A stretch of 64,000 nucleotides of DNA from Squalus acanthias. Taxonomy: Eukaryota. A model generated the notes under the pieces. That model was not told the DNA's origin. It made no database searches and worked only from the letters and a program-made list of their open reading frames with translations. The first letter of the stretch is position 1. The number at the start of each line of letters is the position of its first letter. This document shows positions 11,656 through 25,700 of the stretch, piece by piece. Both the position numbers and the translations under genes were made by a program. The DNA is taken from positions 372,001 to 436,000 of the forward strand of contig JASTWF010000048.1 of the NCBI GenBank assembly GCA_030390025.1, given 5' to 3'.

Positions 11656-12773
11656 GACCATGGAAATCTCCAGTGGTTCAATCGGAACACAGGAACAGGA
11701 GGAGGCCATTCAGCCCCATGAACGTCTTACACAGGAACAGGAGGAGGCCATTCATCCACTTGCGTCTGCTCTGCCTTTCAATCTGTAATTCACACTCATT
11801 AACCCGCCTTTGCGGCATATCCCTTGATATCCTAACCCAACATGAATCGATCCAACTCAGCCTTGCGAGCTACAATTGCCCCACAGCAACCGCAGCCTTT
11901 TGGGGGCGAGATTTCCAGATTTCAAAAGGGAATTGGATAAATACTCGAAGGGAAAAATTGCAGGGATATGGGGAAAGAGAGGGGGAGTGGGACTAACTGG
12001 ATTGCTCTTAGAAAGAGCAGGCGCAGACTCCATGGGCCGAATGACCTCCTTCCGTGCTCCACTATTCTATGACTTTATGAGTTTTTCAAAATGCTTAATT
12101 TCTCAACAGCCGGACTTTATTCGGACTAATGAGGGTAATTAAGGAGACCTAGCAAATTATTGCTTCTTCCAGTTAGCTCCATATCCGTGGTCATTCATGT
12201 TCCAGCTCGGCGAGTCCTATCTCTGATGTGGAACGGGTTCACTGCAACCTGAATACCATGGGGCCGTTTGCAAGTTCCCCAGTCAAGGGCGAGTCTTTGA
12301 GTCCTCCTGATCGTCATAGGCCCAACCATGCAATAGAACAGATGTACAGCCCGGTGTGACCCGAATATTGTTGCACCGACTGCCTCACGTTATCAAAAGG
12401 GTTGTCCACGTGTTACCCACTCATCACATGTGGCTAATTGGCAATCAGGCTGTGGCTAATTAGGAATCTACATGTGGCTAATTGGGAATTCAGACGTGGA
12501 TAATTTCATTTCTGATTAGCAAACAATAAGCGAGCGATAGTCACCGTTGTTGGGAATGTTAACGGCAGAAGGGCCAGTCAGTCATTGGTAATTAGCAAGC
12601 CTATCGATTCTGATTGGTGCGCTCGATAAAGGGGTGTGTCCAACTCTGCATCCCTTCCTGACGCTGTTCAAGCTTTCCTCAATGATTTTTAAAGAGCGGG
12701 TTGGCTCCTCACAAGACTCCACGCTCCTGTTCTCGCTCCTTTCAATTATTAAGAGAAACGCATCAAGTAAAAG

Positions 12774-13236
12774 ATGTATCTGTTACTGGGTCTGATTATC
12801 TTGTTTCACCGTAAGGGACTTTTGCAGACATTAATTATTGTTAATAACTTACTTTTACGTCTTTCTTTCGTTCTTTTTCGCCCATCGCCCCGGATGTCCC
12901 AATTTACTGATCTCCTCTTCTCTCCCTGTCTCTTACCCAGATGGGAACTCGCAGAATATCCGCCAGACTCCCGCCGCTGTCTCCAGATTTCCCGGGGATG
13001 GAGTGGCAATGAAGTGCACTCTGGAAAGCAGCAGTACTCAGACTATGTACTGGTACAGACAATCCCCGGGCAAGGAGCTGCAATTTATATTTTACTCCAT
13101 GGGTAACAATCACGTGAATCCAGAGGGGACGGTGGACGGTTTTACCGCCTAGCGAGCGACTGGCAACGAGTTCAACCTGAGGTCCTCCAGCCTGCAGGCG
13201 AATCACTCGGCCGTGTATTACTGCGCCTGGAGTCTT
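12774..13236 (+). pseudogene. TRBV: TCR V segment A5, pseudogene
   Basis: Leader 12774-12810, V exon 12941-13236 with GAG->TAG at 13150-13152. Confidence 0.9.
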
Positions 13237-13275
13237 CACAGTGACTCAGAGAGATGGATGAGCTGAACAAAAACC
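13237..13275 (+). other. 23-RSS
   Basis: Consensus heptamer and nonamer. Confidence 0.95.
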
Positions 13276-13439
13276 CCAAAGGCGGCAGGAAACACCTGTT
13301 TGAGTTTAAATCGCGCGGCGCTGTGTCCTGTTGGGTTTATTTTGCAGAGCGAACGTGCTTTTGACAAGAAGAGGAGTCGGTTTAGATTTAACGTGAGAAA
13401 TTAAATATAGAGGCACTGGATAAGTTGCAAATAAAGAAA

Positions 13440-15100
13440 AAGAACATAAGAACATAAGAAATAGGAGCAGGAGTAGGCCAATTGGCACCTCGAGACTGCT
13501 CTGCCATTCAATAAGATCATGGCTGATCTGATCCTAAACGCCAATCTACTATCACAGAACCATCTCCTGAACCTAACAGAATTGGACACACGAAATAGGA
13601 GCAGGATCAGGCTACACGGCCCCTGGGCCCGCTACACTACCTACAGGGCCATGACCGATCCGAACATAGGCCAAATTCCTGCCCGCTCCCCGTAACCCTT
13701 AATTCCCTTTACTTCTAGGAAACTGTCTATTTCTGTTTTAAATTTATGTAATGATGTAGCTTCTACAGCTTTTTGGGGCAGCATATTCCATGGACCTACC
13801 ACGCTCTGAGTGAAGAAGTTCCTTCTCATCTTTTTTGAAAGAGCAGCCCCTTATTCTAAGACTATGCCCCCTAGTTCTAGTTTCACCCATCATCGGGAAC
13901 ATCCTCCCCGCATCCACCCGATCCAACCCCTTCACAATCTTATATTTTTCAATAAGATCGCCTCTCTTTCTTCTGATTCAGCCACTTCGAGCCCCTCTAC
14001 CGTTCAATCAGATCATGGCTGATCCGTATCTCAACTCAATTTATCACGTTGAACATAAGAATTTCAGAAATAGTAACTGAAGTAGACCATATGGCGATTC
14101 GAGCCCGCTCCGCCATTCAATAAGACCACGGTTGGTCTTGTATCTCAACTCCATACCCCGCCCTTTCCCCATATCCCTTGATTCACTGAGTATCCAAAAA
14201 TCTATTGTTCTCTGCCTTGATTATACTCAACGACTGAGCATCCACAGCCCTCTGGGTAGAGAATTCCAAAGATTCACAGCCCTCTCAAATTTCTCCTGAT
14301 CTGAGACCTAAATGGCCAACCCCTTATTCTGTGACTGTGACCCCTGTTTCTAGAATCGCCAGCCAGGTGCAACAGCCTCTCAGCATCCACGGTGTAAAAT
14401 CTCCTAAGAATTTTCGTCTTTCAATCAGATCTCCTCTCATTCTTCTAAATTCACGGAAATATCGGCCTAGTCTACTCAATCTCTCCTAAAAGGACAATCC
14501 TCACAGCCCAGGAATCAGTCTAGTGAGCCTTCGTTGCACTCCCTCTATGGCAAGTATATCCTTCTTTATGTAAGGAGACCAAAACTGTACACCATACTCC
14601 AGGTGTGGTCTCACCAGGGACCTATATAACTGCAGTAAGTCGTCTTTACTGCTATACTCCAACCCTTTGGTAATAAAGGCTAACATACCATTTGCTTTCT
14701 TAATTGCTTGCTGTACCTGCAGGTTTACTTTCAGTGATTCGTGTACAAGGACACCGACGTCGCTCTGAATACCAACATTTCCCAGTCTCCCATCTTTCGA
14801 AAAATATTATGCTTTTCTATTTTTCCTACCAAAGTGGTTAACTCCACATTATATTCCAACTTCCACGATCTTGCCCGCTTACTAAACCTGTCTATATCCC
14901 TTTGCAGCCATTTTGCGATCTCCTCACAAGTTACTTTGCCACCTAGCCTTGTATCGTCAGCAAACTTGGATACATTGCACTGGTCCCCCTCATCTAAGTA
15001 ATTGATTTAGATTTTAAATAGCTGAGGCCCACGTACCGATCCTTGTGGTACCCCACTAGCTACAGTCTGCCAACCCGAGAGGACCCGTTTATTCCTACTG
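13440..15100 (-). mobile_element. nested CR1-like LINE 3' fragments
   Basis: Tails (AAGAACAT)n; minus-strand motifs RRNFFTQ and VRPHLEYGVQFWSP. Confidence 0.8.
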
Positions 15101-15811
15101 TTAGTTGCATAACCCTTGATAACCTTACTTAATAAAAATCTGTCTATCTAAGTTTTGCAATCTGCAATTGACCTCTAGTCTCATCAGTGAACTGGAGAGA
15201 GAATTCCAGATTTCCACTACCCTTTGTGTGAGAAGTGCTTCCAGACGTGAACGCTGAACGGCCTATCTCTAATTTTAAGGTTATGTCCCCTTATTTTCAC
15301 CTGAGGGAATAGTTTCTCTCAATCTACCCTCTCGAATTATTTTAACATTCTCAAACACCTCAATAAGTTCATCTCTTAATCTTGTATACTGAAGGGAATA
15401 AAGCCAAGTTATACAACCTGTTCTCATAATTTAAGCTTTTTTGCTCTCTTGTTATTCTGGTGAATATGCGGACACCCACTTCAAGGCTGATATTTCCTTC
15501 CTGATATGCATTGCCCAGAAGTCCAGAAGTGCACGAAGTTCTCCAGACAGAGTCTGACCAGAGCGGTATACAACTGAAAGATAACTTCCTGCCCGCTTGG
15601 AGATAAAAGCCAGCTAACCATTAGGCTTCCACTGTTTTTAGCTGAACGCCATTTGGACAATATTCCCATCTAATATTCTTAGGTGCACAGGTGATGATCT
15701 CACGCTTGCCCACATTAAACTCCATCTGCCAGTGTCACTGCTTTGCTCATTCACGTAATCTGTCTCTGCCACTTTGCAACTTGCAGCTCCCATCTGCTCG
15801 ACTTATTGCAT

Positions 15812-16024
15812 CTCAGAGTGGGAGGGGCGGGGCTGTCAGTCAGAGAGGGAGGGGCTGGGCTGTCAATCAGAGGGGGGGGCGGTGCTGTCAATCAGAGAGG
15901 GGGGCGGTGCTGTCAATCAGAGAGGGAAGGGCGGGTTTGTCAATCAGAGATGGAGGGCGTGGCTGACAATCAGAGAGGGTGGGGCGGGGTTGTCAATCAG
16001 AGAGGGAGGGGCGGGGTTGTCCAA
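15812..16024. repeat. ~27-bp promoter minisatellite
   Basis: ~8 units TGTCAATCAGAGAGGG(A)GGGGCGG. Confidence 0.85.
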
Positions 16025-16153
16025 ACCTGCAACATTTGCTTTTGCTCTTCATGTTTTGCTCAATGATTTCAGAAGAGCGGATTGGATCCTCACAACACAC
16101 AACGCTCCTGTTCTCGCTCCTTTAGTTACTGAGACGACAGCTTAAAATAAAAG

Positions 16154-16659
16154 ATGTATCTGTTACTGGGTTTGATGATCTTATTTCACCGTAAGGGACT
16201 TTTAAAATAAACAGTTATTGCTAATAAACTTCGTTTACTCTGTCTTTCTTTCTTTCGTTCTGTATCTCTTTCTTGCTCTGTTTCCATATTTCCTTTCTTT
16301 AATGCTGCATTTCCCCGAAAGTCCCTATTTACTGACCTCCTCCTCTCTCCCTCTCTTTGCCAGACGTGAACTCGAAAACTATCCGCCAGACCCCCGGCGC
16401 TGTCTCCAGATTTCCCGGGGTTGGAGTGGAACTGAAGTGTGATGTGCAGGGCACCAGTAACCCTTACATCTACTGGTACAGAAAATACCCGGGGAAGGAG
16501 CCGCTGTTGATGTTTTACTCCATAGGTACCAGTGCCGTGAATCCAGAGGGGACGGTGGACGGTTTTACCGCCGAGCGACCGAACAGCAACGAGTTCAACC
16601 TGAAGTCCTCCAGCCTGCAGGCGAATCACTCGGCCGTGTATTACTGCGCCTGGAGTCTT
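16154..16659 (+). CDS. TRBV: TCR V segment A6, apparently functional
   Basis: Leader 16154-16190, V exon 16364-16659 open; CDR1 GTSNPY, CDR2 FYSIGT, ends CAWS. Confidence 0.92.
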
Positions 16660-16698
16660 CACAGTGACTCAGAGAGATGGAGGAGCTCAACAAAAACC
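16660..16698 (+). other. 23-RSS
   Basis: Consensus. Confidence 0.95.
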
Positions 16699-18625
16699 CC
16701 AAAGGCGGCAGGAAACACCTGTGGATGATGAAACTGCGCGGTGCCTCGATCTGTTGGGTTTATATTGCAGAGTTTACGTGTTTTTGACAAGAAGAGATGA
16801 ATCTGTATAGAATTGAGTGATTAGATATAGAGGCACTGGAGGAGGAGAAAATAAATATTTACAATGATGACACCAGAACAGAGAGGTTATAACTATCACG
16901 AAAGGCTGAACAGGCTGGGGCTCTTTGCTCTGGAGAAGAGAAGACCGGGGTATGACCTGACAGAGATCTTTAAAATTAAGGAAGGGATTCTATAGGGTAG
17001 ACTTAGATAAGATATTTTCAATTGTATGGAAGATCAAATCTAGTGGCCTTATATATGAGATCGTCACTAATAAATCCATTAGGGATTCAGCAGAATCTTT
17101 TTTTACCCAGAGGTTGGTGAGGATGCGGAACTCGCTACCACAAGGAATAGTTGAAGCGAAAAGCACAGATACAGTTAAGGGAAAGCGGGATAAGCACATG
17201 AGGGAGAAAGGAATAGAAGGTAATGATGATAGTGTACAATATCAACCCATCCTGTGCTGAATTATTGAGCACCTTCAGTTAGCAGAGTGCCAGCACATCC
17301 AGGGAGAGGTCAAACTGGTTCAGATCCCAAAGAAGTAGATTATTAAGAAATGCAACAACGAAATATAGATAGAAATGATGAATGAATGTAAGAAAGAAAG
17401 TAAAACGATTGTTGGGTTTTTATTCACTGATGACGTGCTGTCTTTGTCCACTGGCGCGGTGTTTTCATTCTCCACATGGACAGCAGATTGCGGTCTAGGA
17501 CCATGAAACCCACCAGTGCCTGGAACATGGTTTATTCGGAGCAGGAGGAGGCCATTCAGCCCATCGAGCCGCTCCGCCGTTCAATCAGATCATGGGCGAT
17601 CTGAATCTTAACTCCATTTACCCACATTGGTTCCCTAACCCTTCATACCCTTAGATAACGGAAATCTAATTTTGAGAACTCCAGTTGACCTCTGGCCTCA
17701 ACAGCACTTTGGGCGAGAGAACTGCAGGTTTTCAGTGTCCTTTGTGTCAAGAGGTGCCTCCAGATATGACCCTTGGCCTGCCTCGATTTAATACTCAGCT
17801 GATGCCCACTAGTTCTGGACTGCCCCCGCCAGAGGGAATACCTTTTCTCTATCTACAGTCTCCAATACTTTTAACATTTTAAACACATCAGTAGGATCAC
17901 TGCTCAACCTTCTGTACTCAATGGAATACAAGCCTAGTCTATGTAATCAGTCCTCATATATTAACCCTCTAAACCCCGGTATCATTCTGGTGAATCTTCG
18001 CTGCACTCCCTCCAAGGCCAATATAACCTTCCTGAAGTGTTTTGCCCAGAACTGAACGTCCTGTTTCAGATGGAGTCTGACCAGGACTCTGTACAACTGA
18101 AGCATAACTTTCTCTCCTCTGTATTCCAGTACCCTACAGATAAAGGCCAACTTTCCATTAGCCTTTCTGATTTTTGTGCCTGTCTACTGGCCGAGAGCGG
18201 TTTGTGTAGCTCGACACCTACACCCCTTTGCACCTCCACAGTTCTCAGCTTTTCACCGTTTAGAACATGTTCTGATCTCTCTTTCTTAGGTTGGCAGTGT
18301 ATGATCTCACACTTGCCCACATTAAGCTCCATCGATCTCTGTTTTGTTCATTCATTTAATCCGTCTACGTCCCCATTGCCACATTCAGCTCCCGTCTGCT
18401 CTAATTACTGCCAATCGGTGAGAGAGTAGCTGGGCTGCCAATCAGTGAGGGAGGGGCGGGACTGTCCATTAGAGAGGGAGGGGCAGGATTGTCCACACCT
18501 GCATCACTTCCTCACGCTCTTCATGTGTTCCTCAGTGATTTGAATAGAGCGGGTTGGATCCTCACAAGACACAACTCTCCTGTTCTCGCTCCTTTCATTA
18601 TTAAGAGAAAAAGTTCCAGTAAAAG

Positions 18626-18735
18626 ATGTATCTGTTACTGGGTCTGATGATCTTGTTTCACCGTAAGTGACTTATTCCAAACAGTAATCTTTGTTAACTG
18701 CCTTTCTTTATGTTTACTTCCACACATCCTTCCAT

Positions 18736-18807
<72 letters not shown>

Positions 18808-19226
18808 GCTTTCTTGCTTTCTTGATTTCTTTCTTTCTCTCTTCATTTATTTTTCTCTCTCAATCTTTATTTCCTCATTGCCCGCGGGTCCCTGTTTACT
18901 GACCTCCTCCTCTCCCCCTTGCTTTCACCAGATATGAAGTCGCAGACTATCAGCCAGACTCCCGCTGCTGTCTCCAAAATTCCCGGGGATGGAGTGGAAC
19001 TGAAATGCACTGTGAAGGGCACCAGTAAACCTCGCATGTTCTGGTACAGACAATACCCGGGGAAGGAGCCTATTTGATATTTTACTCCCTAGTTGTACAA
19101 AGTGTAACTGCAGAGGGGACGGAGGACGGTTTTACCGCCGAGCGACCAATAGACGCCGAGTTCAACGTGAAGTCCTCCAGCCTGCGGGCGAATCAGTCGG
19201 CCGTGTATTACTGCGCCTGGAGTCTG
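18626..19226 (+). pseudogene. TRBV: TCR V segment A7, frameshifted pseudogene
   Basis: Leader 18626-18662, (TTTC)n intron, V exon from 18932; 1-nt deletion in FR2 gives TGA at 19075-19077. Confidence 0.85.
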
Positions 19227-19265
19227 CACAGTGACTCAGAGAGATGGAGGAGCTCAACAAAACCC
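19227..19265 (+). other. 23-RSS (nonamer ACAAAACCC)
   Basis: CACAGTG + 23 nt + near-consensus nonamer. Confidence 0.9.
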
Positions 19266-19624
19266 CCAAAGCGGCAGGAGACACCTGTATAAGCTAACAC
19301 CGCGCGTTGCTTCCTCTCGCTGTGTTTTGAATTGCATAGCGAACGTGTTTTTGTCACGCGTTCGAAGAAAAGTGAGAGATTAGATATAAAGGCACCGGAG
19401 AAGGTGCAAAGAAAAATTAAGTTAGATGTCGTGGAGAATGATAGAATGAAAGTTGGATAGAGAGAAAAAAGCAATAGAAATGAAGAAAAAAACAAGGAAG
19501 GAAAGTAGGAGAGAACGAAAGAAAGACAGAAAGAATGGCAGAAAGATGGATAGAAAGATAGAAAGAAGGAAACAAAATTATAAGACTGCTTTTATACACT
19601 GACACAATGTTTTCTTTCTCCACA

Positions 19625-19645
19625 GGGACAGCAGATGGCGTTCCA
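19625..19645 (+). promoter_or_regulatory. putative CTCF site
   Basis: GGGACAGCAGATGGCGTTCC. Confidence 0.6.
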
Positions 19646-20689
19646 GGACCACGAAACACGCTGTTTATTGAATATGTTTTGCTAGGAAGACAGGATTAAG
19701 AGGAGGTCATTCAATTCCCTTGCGCCTATTCTACAGGAACAGGAAGAGGTCATACATCCCTCTAGCCTGTTAAATAGGAACAGGAAATGGCAATTTGGCC
19801 ATCGACCCTGTTACACAGCTACAGGAGAAGCACGGTGTAACTACTCGAGCCTGTTACATAGGAACAAGTGCAGGCCGTTCAGCCCCTCGAGCCTGAAATG
19901 CCATTCAATACGATCATGGCTGATGTGTGTCTCAACTCCATCTAATCAACTTTGCTCCATATACCTCGATACCCTTACCCAACAAATATCGATCAATCAG
20001 TCTTGAAAGCTCCAATTGATCCTCAGCCTGCCCTTACAATTTAACCATCTAAGCCCCGGTATCAGTCTGCTGAATCTGTGCTAGATCCCCTCTAATCTAA
20101 CACATCCTTCCTGAGGTGCGGTGCCCAGACTGAACTCAGTACTCCAGATGATGTCTGACCAAGGCTGTATATGACAGGAGCACAACTTGCTCGCTTTGTA
20201 TTACAGACTCCTTCAGATAAAGGACAGCATTCCATTGGCCTTTTTATTCATTTTTGCACCTGTCTACATTTCGTTTAGTGATTTGTGTACCTGGACACCA
20301 TTCTTTCGTAGGGCCAAAGTGCATGACCTCACACTTGCCCACATTAAACTTCATCTTCCACAGGTTTGCCCACTCACTTATTCTGTGCATGATCCCTTTC
20401 CAACTCCCTGTTCCTATCTGCTTGACTTACCTACAATCAGAGAGGGAGGGGCGGTGCTGCTTAACAGAGTGGGCGGTGTTGGGTTGTCATTACAGTTGGG
20501 AGGAACAGGGCTGTCAATCAAACAGGAGGGGGCGGGGCATTGTTTGTTCAGTGTTATCTTTTGAATCATAAAGGTTGTTCCGGGTTACACCCACCAGTTC
20601 CGTCCTTGCACACAGCAGTCTCATAACTCCGGTCACTGGGCAGCATGTTGGCCATGGGAGTTCCGGTCTCAGACACCCTGTCCAGGACC

Positions 20690-21919
20690 ATGCGGACTTG
20701 GCTCCTGTCTTGCACGTTTCTGCTGTTGCTATTGGCGGGTAAGATTATAGGTTTGGAGCAGAAATGTGTTACAGTCAATACAAACCAAGTGTTTAAGAGA
20801 AANNNNNNNNNNNNNNNNNNNNNNNNNNNNNNNNNNNNNNNNNNNNNNNNNNNNNNNNNNNNNNNNNNNNNNNNNNNNNNNNNNNNNNNNNNNNNNNNNN
20901 NNNNNNNNNNNNNNNNNNNNNNNNNNNNNNNNNNNNTGGAGCAAATAGCCTGTATAATATTAGTGAAAATTAATGGAGATACATTGTGTTAATAAAGTCG
21001 AGATGGACATATAGATAACAGGATTATTACTGTTTTGTTGAAAAAAGTGGGTGACCTTTCCCACGTCAAATCCTGAGAATTGCCCTTTTACAGGAAGAGC
21101 TCCACTAAAACAACTGTCTCCCAAATAACCACAAGTGCCTGAGGGTTTAGGAGATTATTCTGTTCTTGACGTATCGATTAAAAGCAGATCGCATGTGTCT
21201 GTTAAGGACAGAGGAGGAGATCACTCAGCCCCTCGAACCTGTTCCGCCATTCAATTAGATTATTGCTGGTCTGTATCTCAACATCATTTACCTGCCTTTG
21301 TTCCGTAACCCTTAATACCCTTCTCAACAAAAAACTATCAATCATAAAATTGCAATGTTCAATTGACCTCCAACCTCAAAAGTATTTTAGGGGAGAGTAT
21401 TCTAGATTTCCACTACCCTTTGTGTGAAGAAGTGCTCCCTGACATCACCCCTGAATGGCCTGGCTCTAATTTTAAGATTGTGCCAGTTGTTCTGGACTCT
21501 CCCCCCCAGAGGATATTGCTTCGCTCAATCTACAGTACCCACGCCTGTAATCACCTGAATTAGACTAAAGTGAAAATACAGAGAATGAATCGATTAAATC
21601 AAAAAATAAGCGAGTGAGATACGGAGGAATAGCAGTCACGGAACAGCTAATTATTAAGCAGGTTAGTGCGTCTTATTTCAGGAGAAAAAAATGCCTCTCT
21701 TTGCTACTCATTCCTGTTTTGCTTCGAGGAGTTGGCGAGTCTCAGAAGATGGTGCAGTACCGGGAGTATGTGTCGGTGAGAGAGGGCGAGTCTGTGACTA
21801 TCCCGTGAACCCAACGCGGGACTGATTCTTACATGTACTGGTACCGTCAGCTCCCGGGCCTAGGACTACAGCACATCCTGCAGGCGGTGGAGTTAGGTGA
21901 CCCGAGCAAACCATTATTA
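20690..21919 (+). pseudogene. TCR V segment D1 (divergent family), pseudogene
   Basis: Leader 20690-20738 (MRTWLLSCTFLLLLLAG, GTAAG donor); V exon from 21729 (QKMVQYREYVSVREGESVTIP*TQRGTDSYMYWYRQLPG); first Cys codon is TGA (21806-21808); 3' part in N gap. Confidence 0.8.
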
Positions 21920-22319
21920 NNNNNNNNNNNNNNNNNNNNNNNNNNNNNNNNNNNNNNNNNNNNNNNNNNNNNNNNNNNNNNNNNNNNNNNNNNNNNNNNN
22001 NNNNNNNNNNNNNNNNNNNNNNNNNNNNNNNNNNNNNNNNNNNNNNNNNNNNNNNNNNNNNNNNNNNNNNNNNNNNNNNNNNNNNNNNNNNNNNNNNNNN
22101 NNNNNNNNNNNNNNNNNNNNNNNNNNNNNNNNNNAAAGAGGCTGAGAAAGCTTCTCAGATGGCGTTTACTGTGTGAGACGGAGCAGGAAAATACAGCGGG
22201 TCATCGGCAGGAAATAAACAAAATGAGCACACAACTAAAGATTTCAAATCGGGAAATTGGTCTGGATGTATCCATTTATCTTTTTATATATGTATGTATG
22301 TATCAATCTGGCTATCGAA

Positions 22320-22350
<31 letters not shown>

Positions 22351-22738
22351 CTTGCTCTCTGTCACCTTAGATGAACTGAATTGATTATTAATCATTAAAC
22401 ATGCTGTATTAATGGTTTGAATGTCCTTTTCTTTAAGATATTCACTACATTATAAGAAGTAGATGAGGCGGAGGGTTCAATGGGTTAATAACAGAGTTGA
22501 AAGAGCGGACGGAGGAATATGGGAAGGAGTCACACGAACCTCCCGATTATTCCTCTGAATAATTCCCAGTATCCCCTCAGCAGTGGGCGTGCAGATCCCT
22601 CCCCGATTTGTGGGATTGCGGTAGTGACCAGAGATTTACGTAGATCCACATCCGGGCTCTTGAGTTTATCATTTAGTTGAAGTGAAATTGGTGGGATTCA
22701 ATTAGTTTTATTTTAATTAATTAATTAAAGGGTAAGTC

Positions 22739-25700
22739 ATGGCAGGAGAGCTCGGCGCCGTGATATGCTCCTACTGATATATGTGGGAAATCAGGGACGC
22801 TTACTGTATCCCTGACGACCATGTGTGTGGGAAATTTATCCGGCTGCAGCTTCTGACGGACCTCATTGCGGCGCTGGAGCTGCGGATGGATGCATATTGG
22901 AGCATTCGCGACGGTGAGAACGTCATGGATAACACGTTTAGCGAGTTGGTCACACCGCAGGTAAAGGGTGTACAGGCAGGAAGTGAATGTGTGACCACCA
23001 GGCAGAGTAAGAGGTGCAGACAGGTAGTGCAGGGGTCCCCTGTGGCCATCCCCCTCTCAAACAGATATACCACTTTGGATGCTGTTGAGGGGGAATACTT
23101 ATCAGGGGAAGGCGGCAGCAGCCAACTTCCTGGCACCATGGGTGGCTCTGCTGCACAGGCTGGGAGGAAAAAGTGTGGAAGAGCTATAGTGATAGGGGAT
23201 TCAATTGTAAGGGGAATAGATTGGCGTTTCTGCGGCCACAAACGAGACTCCAGGATGGTGTGTTGCCTTCCTGGTGCAAGGGTCAAGGACGTCTCGGAGC
23301 TGCCACAGAACATTTTGGAGGGGGAGGGCGAACAGCCAGTTGTCGTGTTGCACATAGGCATCAACGATATAGGTAAAAAACGGGATGAGGTCCTAAAAGC
23401 AGAATATAGGGAGTGAGGAGGTAAATTAAAAAAGAGGACCTCAAAGGTAGTAATCTCATGATTGCTACCAGTCCCACGCGCTAGTCAGAGTAGAAATAGG
23501 AGGATATTTCAAATGAATGCGTGGCGAGAGGAATGGTGCAAGGGGGAGAGATTCAAATTCCTTGTACATTGGAACCGGTTCTGGGGGAGGTGGGACCAGT
23601 ACAAACGGGACGGTCTGCACCTGGGCAGGGCCGGGACCGATGTCCGAGGGGGAGTGTTTGCTCGTGCTTTTGGGGAGGGTTTAAACTAAAGTGGCAGTGG
23701 GTTGGGAACCTGAGTAGGGAGACAGAGGAAAGGGAAACAAGGATAACAGCTAAAGACAGGAAGGATAAAAAGAAAAGTAGCAGGCAAAGAACTCAACGGT
23801 TTAAATCATACATGGTCACAGTAAATAATAATTCATATAGGTCTGAGAGCGTTAAAAAAGCAAGCCTGAAGGCTTTATGTCTTAATGCAAGGAGCATTCG
23901 GAACAAGGTGGATGAATTAGCTGCGCAAATAGAGGTAAATGAATACGATTTGATTGGGATTACAGAAACATGGCTCCAGGGTGGCCAAGGCTGAGAACTC
24001 AACATCCAGGGTTATTCAATATTTAGGAAAGATAGGCAAAAAAGAAAGGGAGGTGGGGTAGCATTGCTGGTTAAAGAGGGGATTAACACAATTGAAAGGA
24101 AGGATATTAGCTCTGATGATGCGGAATCTGTATGGGTAGAACTGAGAAACAACAAGGGGCAGAAAACGTTAGTGGGAGTGGTATATAGACCTCCAAACAG
24201 TAATACGGAGGTTGGGGACGGCATTAAAAGGGAAATTACAGAAGCATGCAGTAAGGGCACAGCAGTCATCATGGGTGACTTTAATTTACATATAGATTGG
24301 GCTCACCAAATTAGTAAAAATACTGTGGAGGAGGAATTCCGAGAATGTTTACGAGATGGTTTTCTGGAACAATATGTCGAGGAACCAACCAGAGATCAGG
24401 CCATCTTAGACTGGGTATTATGTAACGAGAAAGGATTAATTAACAATCTTGTTGTACGAGGCCCCTTGGGTCAGAGTGATCATAATATGATAGAATTCTT
24501 CATTAGGATGGAGAGTGAAGTAGTTGAATCAGAGACTAGGGTCCTGAATTTAAATAAACGAAACTACGATGGTATGAGGCGCGAATTGGGTAGGATTGAT
24601 GGGGGAATGTCACTCAAGGGTTTGACGGTGGATAGGCAATGGAAAACATTCAAAGACTGCATGGATGAACTACAAAATTTGTTCATCCCAGTGTGGCATA
24701 AGAATAAAACAAAAAGGGTGACTCAACCGTGGCTAACAAGGGAAATTAGGGATAGCATAAGATCCAAGGAGAGGGCATATAAATTGGCCAGAAAAAGCGG
24801 GAGCCTGAGGATTGGGAGCAGTTTAGGATTCAAGAAAGGAGGACAAAGGGATTAATTAAGAAGGGGAAAATAGAAAATGAAAGTAAGCTTGCTGGGAACA
24901 TACAAACTGAGTGTAAGAGCTTTTATAGATATGTGAAGAGAAAAAGATTAGTGAAATCATTTGTAGGTCCTTTGCAGTCAGAAGTGGGGAAAGTTTTAAT
25001 GGGGAACAAAGAAATGGCAGACCAATTAAATGCATATTTTGGTTCTGTCTTCACAAAGGTGGACACAAATAACGTTCCAGAGATGTTGGAGAACATACGG
25101 TCTGATGAAAGGGAGGAACTGAAAGAAATCAGTATTTGCAGGGAAATGGTGTTAGGGAAATTGATGGGATTGAAGGCCGGTAAATCCCCAGGACCTGACA
25201 ATCTACATCCTAGGGTACTTAAGGAAGTGGCCCTAGAAATAGTAGATGCATTGCTGATCATCTTCCAACATTCGATGGAATCTGGATCTGTACCCATGGA
25301 TTGGAGTGTAGCTAATGTTACCCCACTATTCAAAAAGGGTGGTAGAGAGAAAGCGGGGAATTACAGACCGGCAAGCCTGACATCGGCATTGTGGAAAATG
25401 CTCGAGTCCATTATAAAGGATGTAATAGCTGAGCACTTGAAAAACAGTGACAGGATCGGACAAAGTCAACATGGATTTACAAACGGTAAATCGTGCTTGA
25501 CTAATCTACTTTAAGTTTTTGAGGATGTAACTGGGAAAATAGATAAGGGAGAACCAGTAGATGTGGTGTATTTGGAATTTCAAATGGCTTTCGATAAGGT
25601 CCGCATAATAGATTAGCGTGTAAAGTTAAGGCACATGGTATTGGGGGCAAGGTATTGACTTGGATAGAGAACTGGTTGGCGGACAGAAAGCAGAGAGTAG

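Larger units (their letters stand above)
11520..20160 (+). repeat. segmental duplication, copy 1 (A5-A6-A7 block); copy 2 at ~30760-40340 (A8-A9-A10)
   Basis: Collinear flanks, CR1 fragments and V order shared between the two blocks. Confidence 0.85.
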
